A stretch of DNA of 56,558 bases, filler included, from Dirinaria sp. TL-2023a (taxonomy: Eukaryota): assembly GCA_051941275.1 (NCBI GenBank). It is 4 parts of 4 records of this genome, joined end to end, with 100 filler letters (N's around TTAATTAATTAA, not from the genome) between each part and the next. Parts side by side here need not be neighbours in the genome. Positions count along the whole stretch, not along the records: positions 14,172 to 28,238 come from JAVEBF010000627.1; positions 28,339 to 42,400 come from JAVEBF010000628.1; 2 more parts are not named here. One strand, 5' to 3'. Below, piece after piece: positions 24,524 to 35,990 of this stretch. Under the pieces are notes generated by a model. That model was not told the DNA's origin and did no database searches. It saw nothing but the letters and a program-made list of their open reading frames with translations. A program made the translations under genes and the position numbers. The stretch's first letter is position 1. Every line of letters begins with the position of its first letter.

Positions 24524-25551
24524 ATGCAACCCTCCACAATGCAGCGCCGTAATGGCACCCAACCATTCAAAGAGTCCGAGTCTCATAATGCATCGACCGA
24601 TCTACCTCCATTGAGAGAGTCATCATACCTGCCGACTTCACTGGAAGCTCTACTCCTCGCCATATACCCTGCAACCCTCCTACTTGGTTCTCTCTTCTCC
24701 CTCCTTGAACCACATGCTCGCGTCGCTCCCTACAGCGCAACACTGCAATCTCATCCTTCGGCCGTCGCGCCCTCCTATTTCGCTCAGAAACGCAACATCT
24801 TTAATGTATTCTTTGTCAAGATTGGCTGGTTTTGGACGACGCTCGCCTTCGCCGTCTTTCTCTTCCTACATCCTAGTACAGGACCCAGTGCGGGCTTGGT
24901 CCTCAATCGGAAGCGAGTACAAGGGATCTTAAGATGGGCCCTCGTCACGGCTTGGTGGGCAGCACTGACACAGTGGTTCTTTGGACCCCCCTTGATCGAC
25001 CGAGGCTTTCAGTTTACTGGTGGACAGTGCGAGATGGTCGGAACCGAGGAAGGGAGCGCTCTGATGGGGGAAAAGAGGGAGTTTTTCACGCGCGCGGCAT
25101 GTAAGCTTGCAGGCGGTCAATGGAAGGGCGGGCATGATATTAGTGGGCATGTCTTTCTCTTAGTCCTAGGGAGCGCATTTCTATGGATGGAGATTCTGCC
25201 AGTTGTAGTCGGCAAAGAGATGAGGCTGGTGAGGAGGAAGCAGGGCGACTGGGTCACGGCCAACAGAGAGTCGGAGGGCGTGAAGCAGAAGGAAGAAAGA
25301 GAGGCAAGACAGAGCTTGAGCGTTCCATTAGTCGTGGCTGGGTTGTCTTGGTGGATGCTTTTGATGACCGCTGCGTATTTTCATACATGGTTCGAGAAGG
25401 TGAGTTTTACTTATGAAGTGGTCGATGGACATTGCTAACTACCACTTAGTTCACTGGACTTGTTGTCGCTTTTGCTAGTATCGGTAGCGTGTACTTTTTG
25501 CCGCGCGTTGTGCCTAGGATGAGAGAAGTCATCGGCATGCCAGGCATATAA
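24524..25551 (+). CDS. SCS3: FIT family protein (Scs3/FIT2, acyl-CoA diphosphatase), 2 exons
   Basis: YFAQKRNIFNVFFVKIGWFWT; FFGPPLIDR..TGGQC; catalytic His motifs GGHDISGHVFLL and MTAAYFHTWFEK; intron 25400-25449. Confidence 0.9.
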
Positions 25552-25866
25552 GGACTTCTCTGCATTATAGAATAGTTCCTCCAATCCTTAAGAATCTTCA
25601 CTACATGGCTGTTACAATGCCGACTCGACTCTGCAAAAAGTTCGGAAGTTCATTGACGAGTGACCCATAATTATGCTTGCCGATGTAGTGTGGCGATAGG
25701 TCAAGACCGTTTACTTTTTCCCCAACACGAAGTCGTTACCTAACTTGGTCTGCTTGCTCTGAGGCCAGAGGCCATTTACAAGTGTACTCCAGACCAACTC
25801 TAGCTTACTTTTGGATAGAACGCCAATGCTGCCAAGGCTTTAACCGTTTCAAGGAAGCGAGCAACG

Positions 25867-25888
25867 ATAAACACTAGGAACGTAAACA
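25867..25888 (+). promoter_or_regulatory. Paired forkhead-type sites (ATAAACA, GTAAACA)
   Basis: Two RYAAAYA matches with starts 15 bp apart, 125-145 bp upstream of the ATG at 26011. Confidence 0.45.
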
Positions 25889-26010
25889 TTGCAACGTCAT
25901 GTCGCGATAACATCCACAATCAAATATCTCAAGAGATTCTAGCTTTGCAATTTCCCACATGCTATTCCGCTGAATCACTCAACGAGGATACCCTCGTAGA
26001 ATCTCTAACC

Positions 26011-28099
26011 ATGGTGACCCCACGTCGTCGGTCATCCCGACTTCGAAACGCAACTCCAGTAAGTAAATAAGTACCTCAGCTTGAATGCAATAGATGAACC
26101 TGCACTGTTACCAGAATGAAATCTTTTGACGCCTGTGTAGCAATCGAACAATGCCGAAATTGCTCCAGTAAACAAGCTCTCGTCATTGCTCGAGAGAGAC
26201 GAATCTCCGCCTCAGGGGAGTCAACCGAGCATCGACGCCCTGGTATCACCAGCCGCTCCGGCAAATACAGCATCATCCGATCGAGCATTTGATATCTCTT
26301 TTGCCGTCAAAACACCTCAAAAATCTTCGCAACTACATCCAAGCTTCGAGGAGATGCATCCCGGCAAAATGCACCACAGCACCTCGAAGCCAATCGAGAG
26401 CTGCATGACTGCGCCGACTTCCAAGTGGGCCACAGGATCAATTGACAACAATACCCCAAGCAAGACGAAGGCGTCATTGCCGAGTCACATGTCATCGCCT
26501 GGGTTCGACTTCAGCTTCACACGGCCCGAATCGGACCTCAGTGCGGAGGCGCAGAAGATCATGGACAGCGTTCGTGAAGAAGCGGCGAGGATCAAGGCTC
26601 AGATGGAATCTGAGCGAGGCAAGCAAGACGACAAGGACCGAGAGGCTAACCAGCTTTACGGTGTTGGGGGCCGGAAGATTGCCAAAGCGAAAGGCAAATC
26701 AGGTCGGTTCAGCGATGCACATAAGCAGCAGTTCAAGAAGATGGATTCAATTGCCAATCATGCGTCGACATGGAAGAACAAAATACAGGATAGTGCTACA
26801 TCGCTGAAGCGTAGCAACTCTAAGGCTGGTCTTGATGAACCAGAACCAAGAAAGCCACTGCCCAAAACTACGTCGACGAAGAGTCTAAAATCGATTGCAG
26901 ACAGCGGCCGGCTTGAAAACACTGCTCCTGGCAAGCGTGCGAAGAAGAGCGCTCACGACGATACATCCACTGCCCGACCAACCTCACGTGACAACAATTT
27001 CGAGAAGGGCACCGCACCGTCGACGCCTGCGAAGTCCACTCAACCTACGACGCTGCCAAGCGTTGTCAGCACCCCTACTAAATCATCTCTCGCTCGATCC
27101 GCCAGCGTCAAATCCATGAAGACGTCCATGATCCCATCGCTCAGCCGCAGCACTTCGACGAAGACACTAAATGCGCCTAAATCAGAGGGCAGCAACAAAC
27201 ATCTTTCCTCCCTTAGCAAATTCGGCCACATGAAATCCATTCTCCACCGCCACCAGCCCAAATTCTCCGACGATCCTGCCAAAATCGCAGCTGGTACGCA
27301 TTTGCCGGCACCAAAAGGCCTAATGAACCTCGACAAAGATCTTCCTACACTCCCCGGTGCCTTTCCCTCATCAGAGCAAGAGCCTCCTACCGTCAAACAC
27401 GTCGAATTCACCCCCAACACCAAGTCGCACCACGACCTTGCTCTCACGCCTTCGCCCTCGAAATCGAAAATCCCAACTCAGGCATTCAACAAGCCTAACG
27501 CCGCCACAGAAGAATTCTTCACACCACCTGAATCAGCAATCGAATACCCCTCCCTCCTCATCTCTTCTCCGAACATAACGCACCGTTCCACTTCGCTCAA
27601 AGCGCGGGACCCACCACCACCCCCTTCCAACAACAATACAGGGGATTTCACATTCACATCCCCGCGAACCATCACCTTCGGCCCCTCAACCACAGGATCC
27701 ACAATCCGCCAAGTGAGGCCAAGCGGCTTCCCAACCCCTCTCCTGGAGAGCCTAGGCCAGGGTCTGCCCATGCCGGCCATCGCGCACGGGATCAAGAACA
27801 AAAAGCGGAAACACATGGACGACAGCGACGATGAGAACGAAGAGAATAACCCTCCCGCCTCCACCACCAGCACCACCACCGCTGCAGAAGACCGAGCAGG
27901 CGACGAGCGAGGCGCGAAGAGAGCCAAGACCACCGCCGGGTCAGGACAACCCTCGAGCCCGCAGAAATCGCCCCTCAAGGGAAGCCGCATCCCGCGCGTC
28001 GGTGCTGCTGCTGCTGCTGGCAAGGCGGCGGCAGCAGCCAAGGGGAAACTGAGTCTTGGCCGGCTGAACATGTTGGCCCGGCCTAAGGAGAGGCGTTAG
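26011..28099 (+). CDS. Basic S/T/P/K-rich disordered protein (~668 aa) with a NuSAP-like helical motif, 2 exons
   Basis: Exon 1 MVTPRRRSSRLRNATP; intron 26059-26140 (GTAAGT..TAG) is in frame with ORF 26186..28099. Conserved-looking islands: HPSFEEMHP, AQKIMDSVREEAARIKAQM, GRFSDAHKQQFKKMDSIANH, TPTKSSLAR, HGIKNKKRK, LSLGRLNMLARPK. Confidence 0.85.
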
Positions 28100-28238
28100 T
28101 TGATTCTCCCCTTTGTTTCCTCTTCTAGACGAGAACGATGATCATGATGGGTTCTTTAGAGGGGAAAAATGAGGGGGCATGATTGGAATGGAATCGGCCA
28201 ACCTCAGTGAAAGTTATGGAAAGAAAAAGGGTCTATAT

Positions 28239-28338
28239 NNNNNNNNNNNNNNNNNNNNNNNNNNNNNNNNNNNNNNNNNNNNTTAATTAATTAANNNNNN
28301 NNNNNNNNNNNNNNNNNNNNNNNNNNNNNNNNNNNNNN
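28239..28338. other. Artificial assembly spacer N44-TTAATTAATTAA-N44
   Basis: Same 100-nt structure as at 14072. Confidence 0.97.
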
Positions 28339-28724
28339 CCCCCCCCTCTCTCTCTCAACTAATATCATCTCTCTCTCTCTCTCACAAAAAAATCCAATCC
28401 AATCCATAATACCAACAAAACCAGATAGATTCTTGAATGTCGACGAACTCGCTTCAGAACATATATTATAGAGAAAGAGGACACGAAGAAGATAAAGAAT
28501 CAGTAATTCGTCATTTTATTTAAATACATGTAAGGTACTTTAGAGCGGAGCCTAGACAAACGAAAAAAAAAAAAAAAAAAAAAAAAGAGTATTCAAAAAA
28601 GGTGTTGGGATTGGGGGAAAATGCAAGTCGTACTCGCTTTACTGTACAGAGGCAAGAAGATCATGCTGAGCAATGCATTCGGAAATACCCATTCTCCAAT
28701 CTTACTTAACCTTTGTGATTACTG

Positions 28725-28744
28725 TAGGTTAGGTTAGGTTAGGT
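28725..28744. repeat. (TAGGT)4 pentamer microsatellite downstream of csmB
   Basis: taggttaggttaggttaggt. Confidence 0.8.
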
Positions 28745-28982
28745 GAATTACACAGTACACACACACACCACCATATCACCTTTCACGGCTATTTACTGGC
28801 ACATACTTCGGAATTTTTGTCTCGCTCTCCTTTCTAGCTTGCCCACAGCATAAACACCCACCCCTCCCCCTCCAATTCATGAATTAATTACATAGCCATG
28901 CATGCATACCTCTTGCAAATGCGAACCACGAAGAACGCCTCCCATGCATCAATGAATGCATCGCTCGCTGATAATGCGCCAA

Positions 28983-31900
28983 TCACATGTTCTCCAGCTC
29001 GATATCGATCTGCCGATCCAAAAACGCCTTCTTGTCACCCACCAATTCCGTCTGCAGTCGTTGTTCGACCAACGCCCGCACTACATGACCGGGTCAGTTC
29101 CGTTGTGCCTAATCACTTGCATTTCGCGAGGGAGAAAAGGGGGGGAAAAACTCACCTTGTTTCTTCGTGACCGTATCCAGGTCGACTTCCGCGAGGCAGC
29201 TTTGGATGGCTTCCACGATCGCACCGTCATCCGGTCCATTGGTCGTGCCTCGGAAGTCGATCATGCTGACGGGCCTGCTCCCGCCGAGCGGGCTGCGGTT
29301 CTGCCTCAGAGGCGGGGAATGCATCGAGATGAGATTGTCTTGGCTGGGCGCGGCCAGATGCTGATGGCCGTAGGGGCTCGGTAGGTTCGTCATCGACTGC
29401 ATCCTCGAGTGCGCGTACTGCGGATTGTCGGTGTATGGGGCAAAGGTCGGGGTCTGAGACTGCCTTGGAGTGTAGAACGGTGCGGGCGATTGCGGTGGCA
29501 TGAAGGTATGGTGTTGGTTGTTGAAGCCGGTCAAAACGGTCGAGGCAGGTTTGACGGAAGAATACATGGATTTGATATCGTCCATTTCGTAGCCAGTGTC
29601 GGGGTAAGCATCTTGATACGGCTTCTCGGCATTGCCAGCCATACCGCGACGACCAGGCAGGTTGTTTGCCGAGGCGTAGTCGTCCCATCTCTGCAGAGGC
29701 ACACTCCGCGGATCAAAGCCTTCATCTTCCAGAGCCACGATCTGCTTGTTCCCCTTTTCTCCAATGACAATCCGCGTGTTGCCCCAGGCGAAGTCATCTT
29801 GGTGCCAAAAAGAAAAGACCGGGAGGATGAAGGAGTAAATCGGGAATGCGATGATGTAGATGATCATCCATCCCACATGCTGCCACTGCCGCTTGATGAT
29901 GAATATTACGGCTTGCAGACCGTAGACGGCGGCAATCATGATGATGGAGATGAGCGGGAACTGACCAGAGTGCGTCGCCACACGATAGATCAAGTAACCG
30001 AGATATGCGCATGTCGCTGGAAGGATGATCGTCCCGAACAGGTCAATGAACACGACGAATCGCATGCTGAAGCAGCAGAAACCACACAGATCCTTCAGCC
30101 ACACCAGCTCCGCTAGGTTGTGGATGGTCGAGTTGATCCAACGACGTCTCTGGGATATCAAAACACCCCATGTCTCGGGAGCTGCCGTACTTGCATATGC
30201 ATCTGAGATGAATTTGTAGGACATGGCCGGGAAGTGCTTGGTCATCAAAGTAGTGAGATAACGATCCTCTCCTAGTGACAGCAGGTTCTTTTTGTGCAGT
30301 GTATCAATATCGCATGTGGCGTATTCCGAGATGACCTTATCAGAGATGATCAAAGGTCTACCTTTGTCGGCAGTCCTCAGGCGATACATGCAGAAGCTGG
30401 AATATGTCAGCTTGATCCCTTGCTAAGATGTAAAACTCACCATCCGGGCAAACAGGTGACAGAACCGAAGAGAGACTCAAACGCTTTGGCCAAGTGATGG
30501 GAGATGTAGTACTCGTAGACCTGGATCATGGTCCACCAGCTTCGTTCCTCATTCTCCAGGCTGGTCTCGCCACAGATACCGGCAATCTTTGCATCGTTGG
30601 CGCAACTCGCAACGAGGCGATTCAACGAGTCTTCCTTGACACTCGTATCGGCATCCACCATCAAGAGATATTCGTACAGCTCGGGATCCACGCCGATGAC
30701 GTTGTTGATCTGATGGAACATCTCGAGTTCGAGTGGCGACATGGGAGACCGATGATGTACACGGTTGAGGAAGCTGAGCAGGAGGATCTGAGAGTCTCTT
30801 TTTCCTCTGTTTCCTGGCTTGGACTTGGTCTGTTCAGACTCTTTGCCAACTTTGACGACAACAATGTAGGGAACCACGTTGCCCTCGTACTCATAAAGAC
30901 CAGAATAGACTTTGCCATAGTTGAGCTGTTCGTTGCCCTGACCAAGAGCCTTGAACGGTAAGGCAGGAGGGTCGATCTTGGGGTCCACACCCAGTATATC
31001 GAGTACGATTTTAGGAGTCGGTCGATCATTGCCCCCACCAACGATCATGCCGTCGCAGATGACGCAGATTAATTTCCTTTTGTTGTCGTACTGCAGAGCA
31101 GTCAAGGAGTCCAAACCTTTCCGCAAATGGTCCTCGCCCTCAGTGTATGCTGGAACCTGACAAATGACGAATTTATCTTGAGCCGCAGGCCGTCGCTTCG
31201 AACCCAACTGCAGAGCAGCCAGAAATTTGGTCAAGATCACCGCACACAGAATGATCGTGAAGGCTAGCAGGATGTAATTGTTGACTTGACATTTGGCTGA
31301 ATCCCGGAAATCCGATCTGCCCACATAGAAGGTGTTCTCCATGCAATCGAGCGTCTTTGAGAAATTAGCCGTGTCTTTCCATTGGCTGGTGATGTCGCCT
31401 CCCGGATTCGCTTGGATTACTTCAGCAACATCGTCAGGGATGAATTTGTACAGTGGATCGCCAGATTGAACGGTCAGTGTGTGGAAGTAATCCGTCAGGT
31501 CATAGATCTTATCGTGGAGCATCACCCATTGCCGACCGTTGTTCTGTCCCTGTGAATGGAATGAAGACTTCTTGGTAACAAGGTCGCCTTTGTAATATTC
31601 CTGTATTTTGGGTAGGAACTTGTCCTGGTACCATTTGATGGAGTGCAGAGCGGTATTCGGATTAGGCTGGTATCGGGGACCGGACGTATGCAGACCTGCG
31701 GGATAAAGTACAGTGGTGTTGGCCTCGAGTTGGATAATGTCACTGTTGACTAAGTAAGGGCACGACTCCGTGAGCGGCGGCTGGAAATACTCGTCGAGAT
31801 TCAACCCCGCAAAAGGCTGCATTATGGTCGACGTGGTCTGAGGCTGGATGTCGGAGTGCGGCAGTTTCCAGAACTTGCTGATGTCGTAGACTTTTCCGTG

Positions 31901-34418
31901 GATACTGACATAGAAATCGTCATCACCGGTGTGATAGCCGACCTCTTTCTGATTCCAAGCCTTATCAAAGTTGGGACAGAGCAGCCTCCCGAATTCGACA
32001 ATATAGAAGACCACGGTCGCGTTGAGCAGGAATATCAGAAGGAACAGGACTACTTTTTCTCTCCACGCCATGCGTACGTCTGGTCGCTTCATACGTCCTA
32101 TGTACCTCAGTACGAAGGAAGGTATCCAGAAGGTCAAAGCCCAAACAAATGCAACCCAAAGGCGCCTTGATTTGGGTATTGGCTCGGAAACGATTGCTTT
32201 GGGATCGGCAAGCTCGGGATCTAGTTCACCAGTGTACTGCCCGGTCTCATCGTCGTAGTAAGTGATACCGCCCTTCTTTTCATCGCCTTTGGCACCAAGG
32301 CCGTAGTCACCTGGCATGGTATTCAGTGTGCGTGCCACAGTGGGAGCGATCGATCTCGCCGCGCTCATGGGCATATGTCCCAGTGTAGGAGTGCTCTGGC
32401 GCGGCCCCAAAAACGGGTCCTGTTCCGTCGTAGGCGGAAAGAAGCCGCTGGCAGCTGGGTCTGGGGTCATTGTGGAATAAACGCTTCCTTGATGACCATA
32501 GAATGGATTCTCGGCTGGTTTGAGGTCAAGCATGCTTTCTGCTTCCCACCAGGCTCCTTCTCGGATCCAGACACGCTTTTCTCCAACCACCACCTCACCA
32601 TTGCTCCATCCACGCTCCAGGATCCAGCTTTCGACCCCATCACGCCCATCTTGGCAACCAAGCCGGGAATAACGTTCGCAAAACTCGTCGATATCGAAGT
32701 CCGCAGTGAAATCGAGGTTTTTGTTCCGGCGATTGGCCCACTCGGGCAATCTCCAGGCTCGAAGCTGCCGGGATACCGTGCCTGCCGACCAGGCTGATGT
32801 GGTTGAGGCTAGGGAGGCAAGGCTCCCAGGCGATTCATCGGTGGGATGCAAGACCAGGTGATACCAGACTCTGGTGCTGCCGAGGAGATCGGGTAAGTTC
32901 AAGCGGAGGTGCATGCCGCCTCGGATACCTTCTCCCTCGCGAGGGTACATTATCTTCCTCAGAAAACCTCCAACCTCGGCTTCGAGGCCCACCTTCTCCA
33001 AGACGGCTTCTCTCCGGTCGCGTTCGTATTCCCGATCCCGAGCAACTGTTCCTTGGGCAAGACCCAGATCCACTGCGACCTCGGCGACGGCGTTTTGCAT
33101 GTCCTTGATCACCGAAGAGCCTGCCGAGATCACCTCAACTCCATCCTCTTTCATCTCGGCATTGATACCAAGGGCATCGTCGAAGACACCACGAAGCGCC
33201 AGGGCTTTGCCTAGATCTTGACGCGGAACTTCGACTACCGTGACTGTAACAGTGTCCCCGACGTCCTCATCTGTCCTAGGGGTGCGTACTCCCATCCGAT
33301 CGCTATCGCTCGATGCATCGCCGTCCCTGATGCGTTGGAGTTCGCTGGCAATTGCTTCGTTGGCCTTAACCAAAACCCAGTCAAGCAAAGCCTCATATAT
33401 CCCAGCGATCAACGTCCCCCGTTCGTCGGTGCTGCATTTTCTTGTAAGGACTTCTGGATCAAGGCCTAGCAGGCCACTAACATCCTCACATGTTTCTTCG
33501 AGCACTTCTTCGTCTACCATAAATCCTATTGTTTCGCCAAGCTTCAAGAGCGCTGCAAGCGTTGATAGAAGGCTGCGATGCGACGAGCCTTTAATTCCAA
33601 TCGCTTTCAGTGAGGCGCGGAAATCTTCGGCAGATGCTGCATCATCGGCTGTGGGGAGATAGGGCGGCGGTGTAAAGGTTCCAGATTGATTCAGCAAGGT
33701 GTAGGCGGAAGGGTTCTTCAACCCCAAGAATTCCCGCTCAGCCGGAGTGGACGCAGAGGTAAGGAGGTAGTAGAAGACATCAAACGCTCGATACCCCGAT
33801 TCCGGGGGTATACTGAGCAGGCCACTATTGGTGTTGATTCCATCTGTCGAAATTGACAGCCTTGCACTGTTCAGGTTGCCAGCCAAGGTGATATTGAAAG
33901 CTGCGCCAAGCGCGGCGTACTTGGGCGTTGCGGGGTTGAAGGGTGTAACGGCGTGCAGAAATGGGCGCAGAGCTGACAACGCAGTATAAAGGCTGGACGG
34001 CACGGCGAGCGGTAAGGTCGAGATGACAGGTGCGAGCAAAGATGGGGTAGAGGGATGCAGAGACCTAGAAATGACACAGTCAGTCCAAGGGGCAAACGAG
34101 CCGTTTTGTCGGTACTCACCCTAGAAGGATACAGCCATCCTCGGCTCGCCGTCGAGCATGTTCCCATGCCTGTCTGGCTATGTCCGCGTCCACGGTGCCA
34201 CCTTGCTGCCCTTCAGCATTCGGGTTGGAAGCGGTCAGCCAAGTGTTGACTACGAGACTTGTGCTGGCATCGAGGCGGTACGGCTGGCCGGAGGCGTAGG
34301 TGGTATGGAGCGCGTTCAACAGCGTGGTGGTGGACACCTGGGTGGAATGCTGAGCGGCGGAACGAAAGCCTGAGGGAGTGGAAGAGCCTGAGATGGTCGA
34401 GAGCCGGTTAGTGGCCAT
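28983..34418 (-). CDS. csmB: Class VII chitin synthase with degenerate myosin-motor-like domain (CsmB type), 4 exons
   Basis: [11 protein letters not shown]...[12 protein letters not shown]...[12 protein letters not shown]; no P-loop; cytochrome b5-like segments; [19 protein letters not shown] and QRRRW; DEK-C tail. Introns 34065-34119, 30397-30440 and 29081-29155. Confidence 0.96.
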
Positions 34419-35990
34419 GCTGGCGTATGCCAATTGCACTGCGCTGAAACCGGCCTGTTAGGTCTCGGAAGACAGCATTCAAACCGTCATGCGAGCGCTG
34501 CTCAAACGAGCTGTAGGGAGAAGACCCTTCTTTTTCAATGATTGTAGAAGCCCGATGCAATAATCAACGATGGTGACGAGGAAGGTGTCTTCCTTGGGGT
34601 TTCGGATTGTGAAGACTCAGGTATGTGCGGAACGAAAGGAAGTAGGTCTGATGCAAACGAGTGTGGGGGAAGATGCAAGATCTCTCCGTTTCAACAGATG
34701 CAGGTAATTGTGTACTGGAGGAAGTGATGGAAATGAAATAATTTCGTGAAGTCCAGTATTCAATCGATTATTAGGGATCGAGCGTCTGGGAGTTGCAGTA
34801 CCTTACAGTACAAACATACATAGAGTATAGTACAAGTCGCCATCGAGCTAAACCGGATGGGGAAACCACCCATAACACGAGAAGCCCGCACTGGCCGCCA
34901 CCCGGAGACAGGCTAAGCCAAGCCCCCTGAGCCCCCCCGGCAACCAAAACCTGCAAGGGCGCTGCCGCTGCCTTAGTGAATACGAGGCTGCCAAGCATCC
35001 CCTATACCTGTGAGGTTCAGCCTTGGGTGCCCGTCTCTCCCCAGAGCCGCAGCAGAGAGAACAAAAGCAGCAGCAGCTCCTCTCCTTGACTGGGCCAAGA
35101 AAGTCCTCGGCCCGCGATTCTTCCCACCCTTCGACTCCTACTTTGGCTGTTCTGGCTCTGCTATTTTTTGCTCGACAGGATCCAGATTCCAGGGCAACTC
35201 AGGTACAGTAAGATACTTTAATACCGTATCAATCCTCGACGATGGATTTCAAAAGACGATGATTCTGATATTGTTGCGTCTTCTGGGCCATATTCCTTTC
35301 CGAGCTTGCCTCCTGGTCTTTTGGCCATGCATCAATATTCAATCTCCAGACTTTGGTTTGTGATTCTGCGGCCCCAATGCACGCATCATGCAATTCTCGT
35401 TCTAGCCTTACCGGAAGAGGGCGATCTGCCGCCAGAAGACACTAAAGTACGAGTGTCAACAAATTGCAGTACCTGTACTTGACAATATCAATCAATTCTG
35501 GAGATTTCTGTAGAGTCGAGAGTCGAGACACGCGTAAGGTAGATGATCGTTCAGTAGTTACAGAGCGTCTCATGATGTCAAGGAACATACAATCATAATA
35601 GTGTGTGTGGTGACTGGCGATAGGATTTTATTATTACTTACATGTACCCAAGGTACTTTTTTTGCCTTCCGAAGCGAGCCCTGGTCGTATTTTTGGTTGC
35701 CAGAAGTAGAAACTCCTACACGAAAGCTTCTCTTCTCCAAACATCCGACATCTTCCAACACTCCAACCTCCTCTCTACCACTTTCGTTGTCAATATTCGG
35801 TCTTTCATCTTCTCCTGCTCGTACATCGTCACTCGCTACATAGTAATCTTTTCCATTCGGCCTTCCGTCGCTTGACAGTGGTTTCGCCAAGGGCTCGTCA
35901 CTCGACAACTTGATCCATTATCCATCTCTTCGCCGCAGAGACCTCCCATGTCCCATCATAAGTGATTCTCATCTCGCGAGGGGAATCAAA
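34419..35990. promoter_or_regulatory. Shared divergent promoter/5' leader region of csmB and csmA (1572 bp between ATGs)
   Basis: Head-to-head ATGs at 34418 (-) and 35991 (+); pyrimidine-rich leaders on each coding strand; no credible ORF between them. Confidence 0.8.

Noticed and set aside
14659..25551. Secondary-metabolite gene cluster around the P450
   Set aside because: No PKS, NRPS, terpene synthase, prenyltransferase, transporter or pathway transcription factor; neighbours are housekeeping or CAZyme genes.
28725..28744. TTAGG repeats as a telomere or telomerase-RNA template
   Set aside because: Only four pentamer units, internal, and not the TTAGGG typical of filamentous ascomycetes; no supporting structure.
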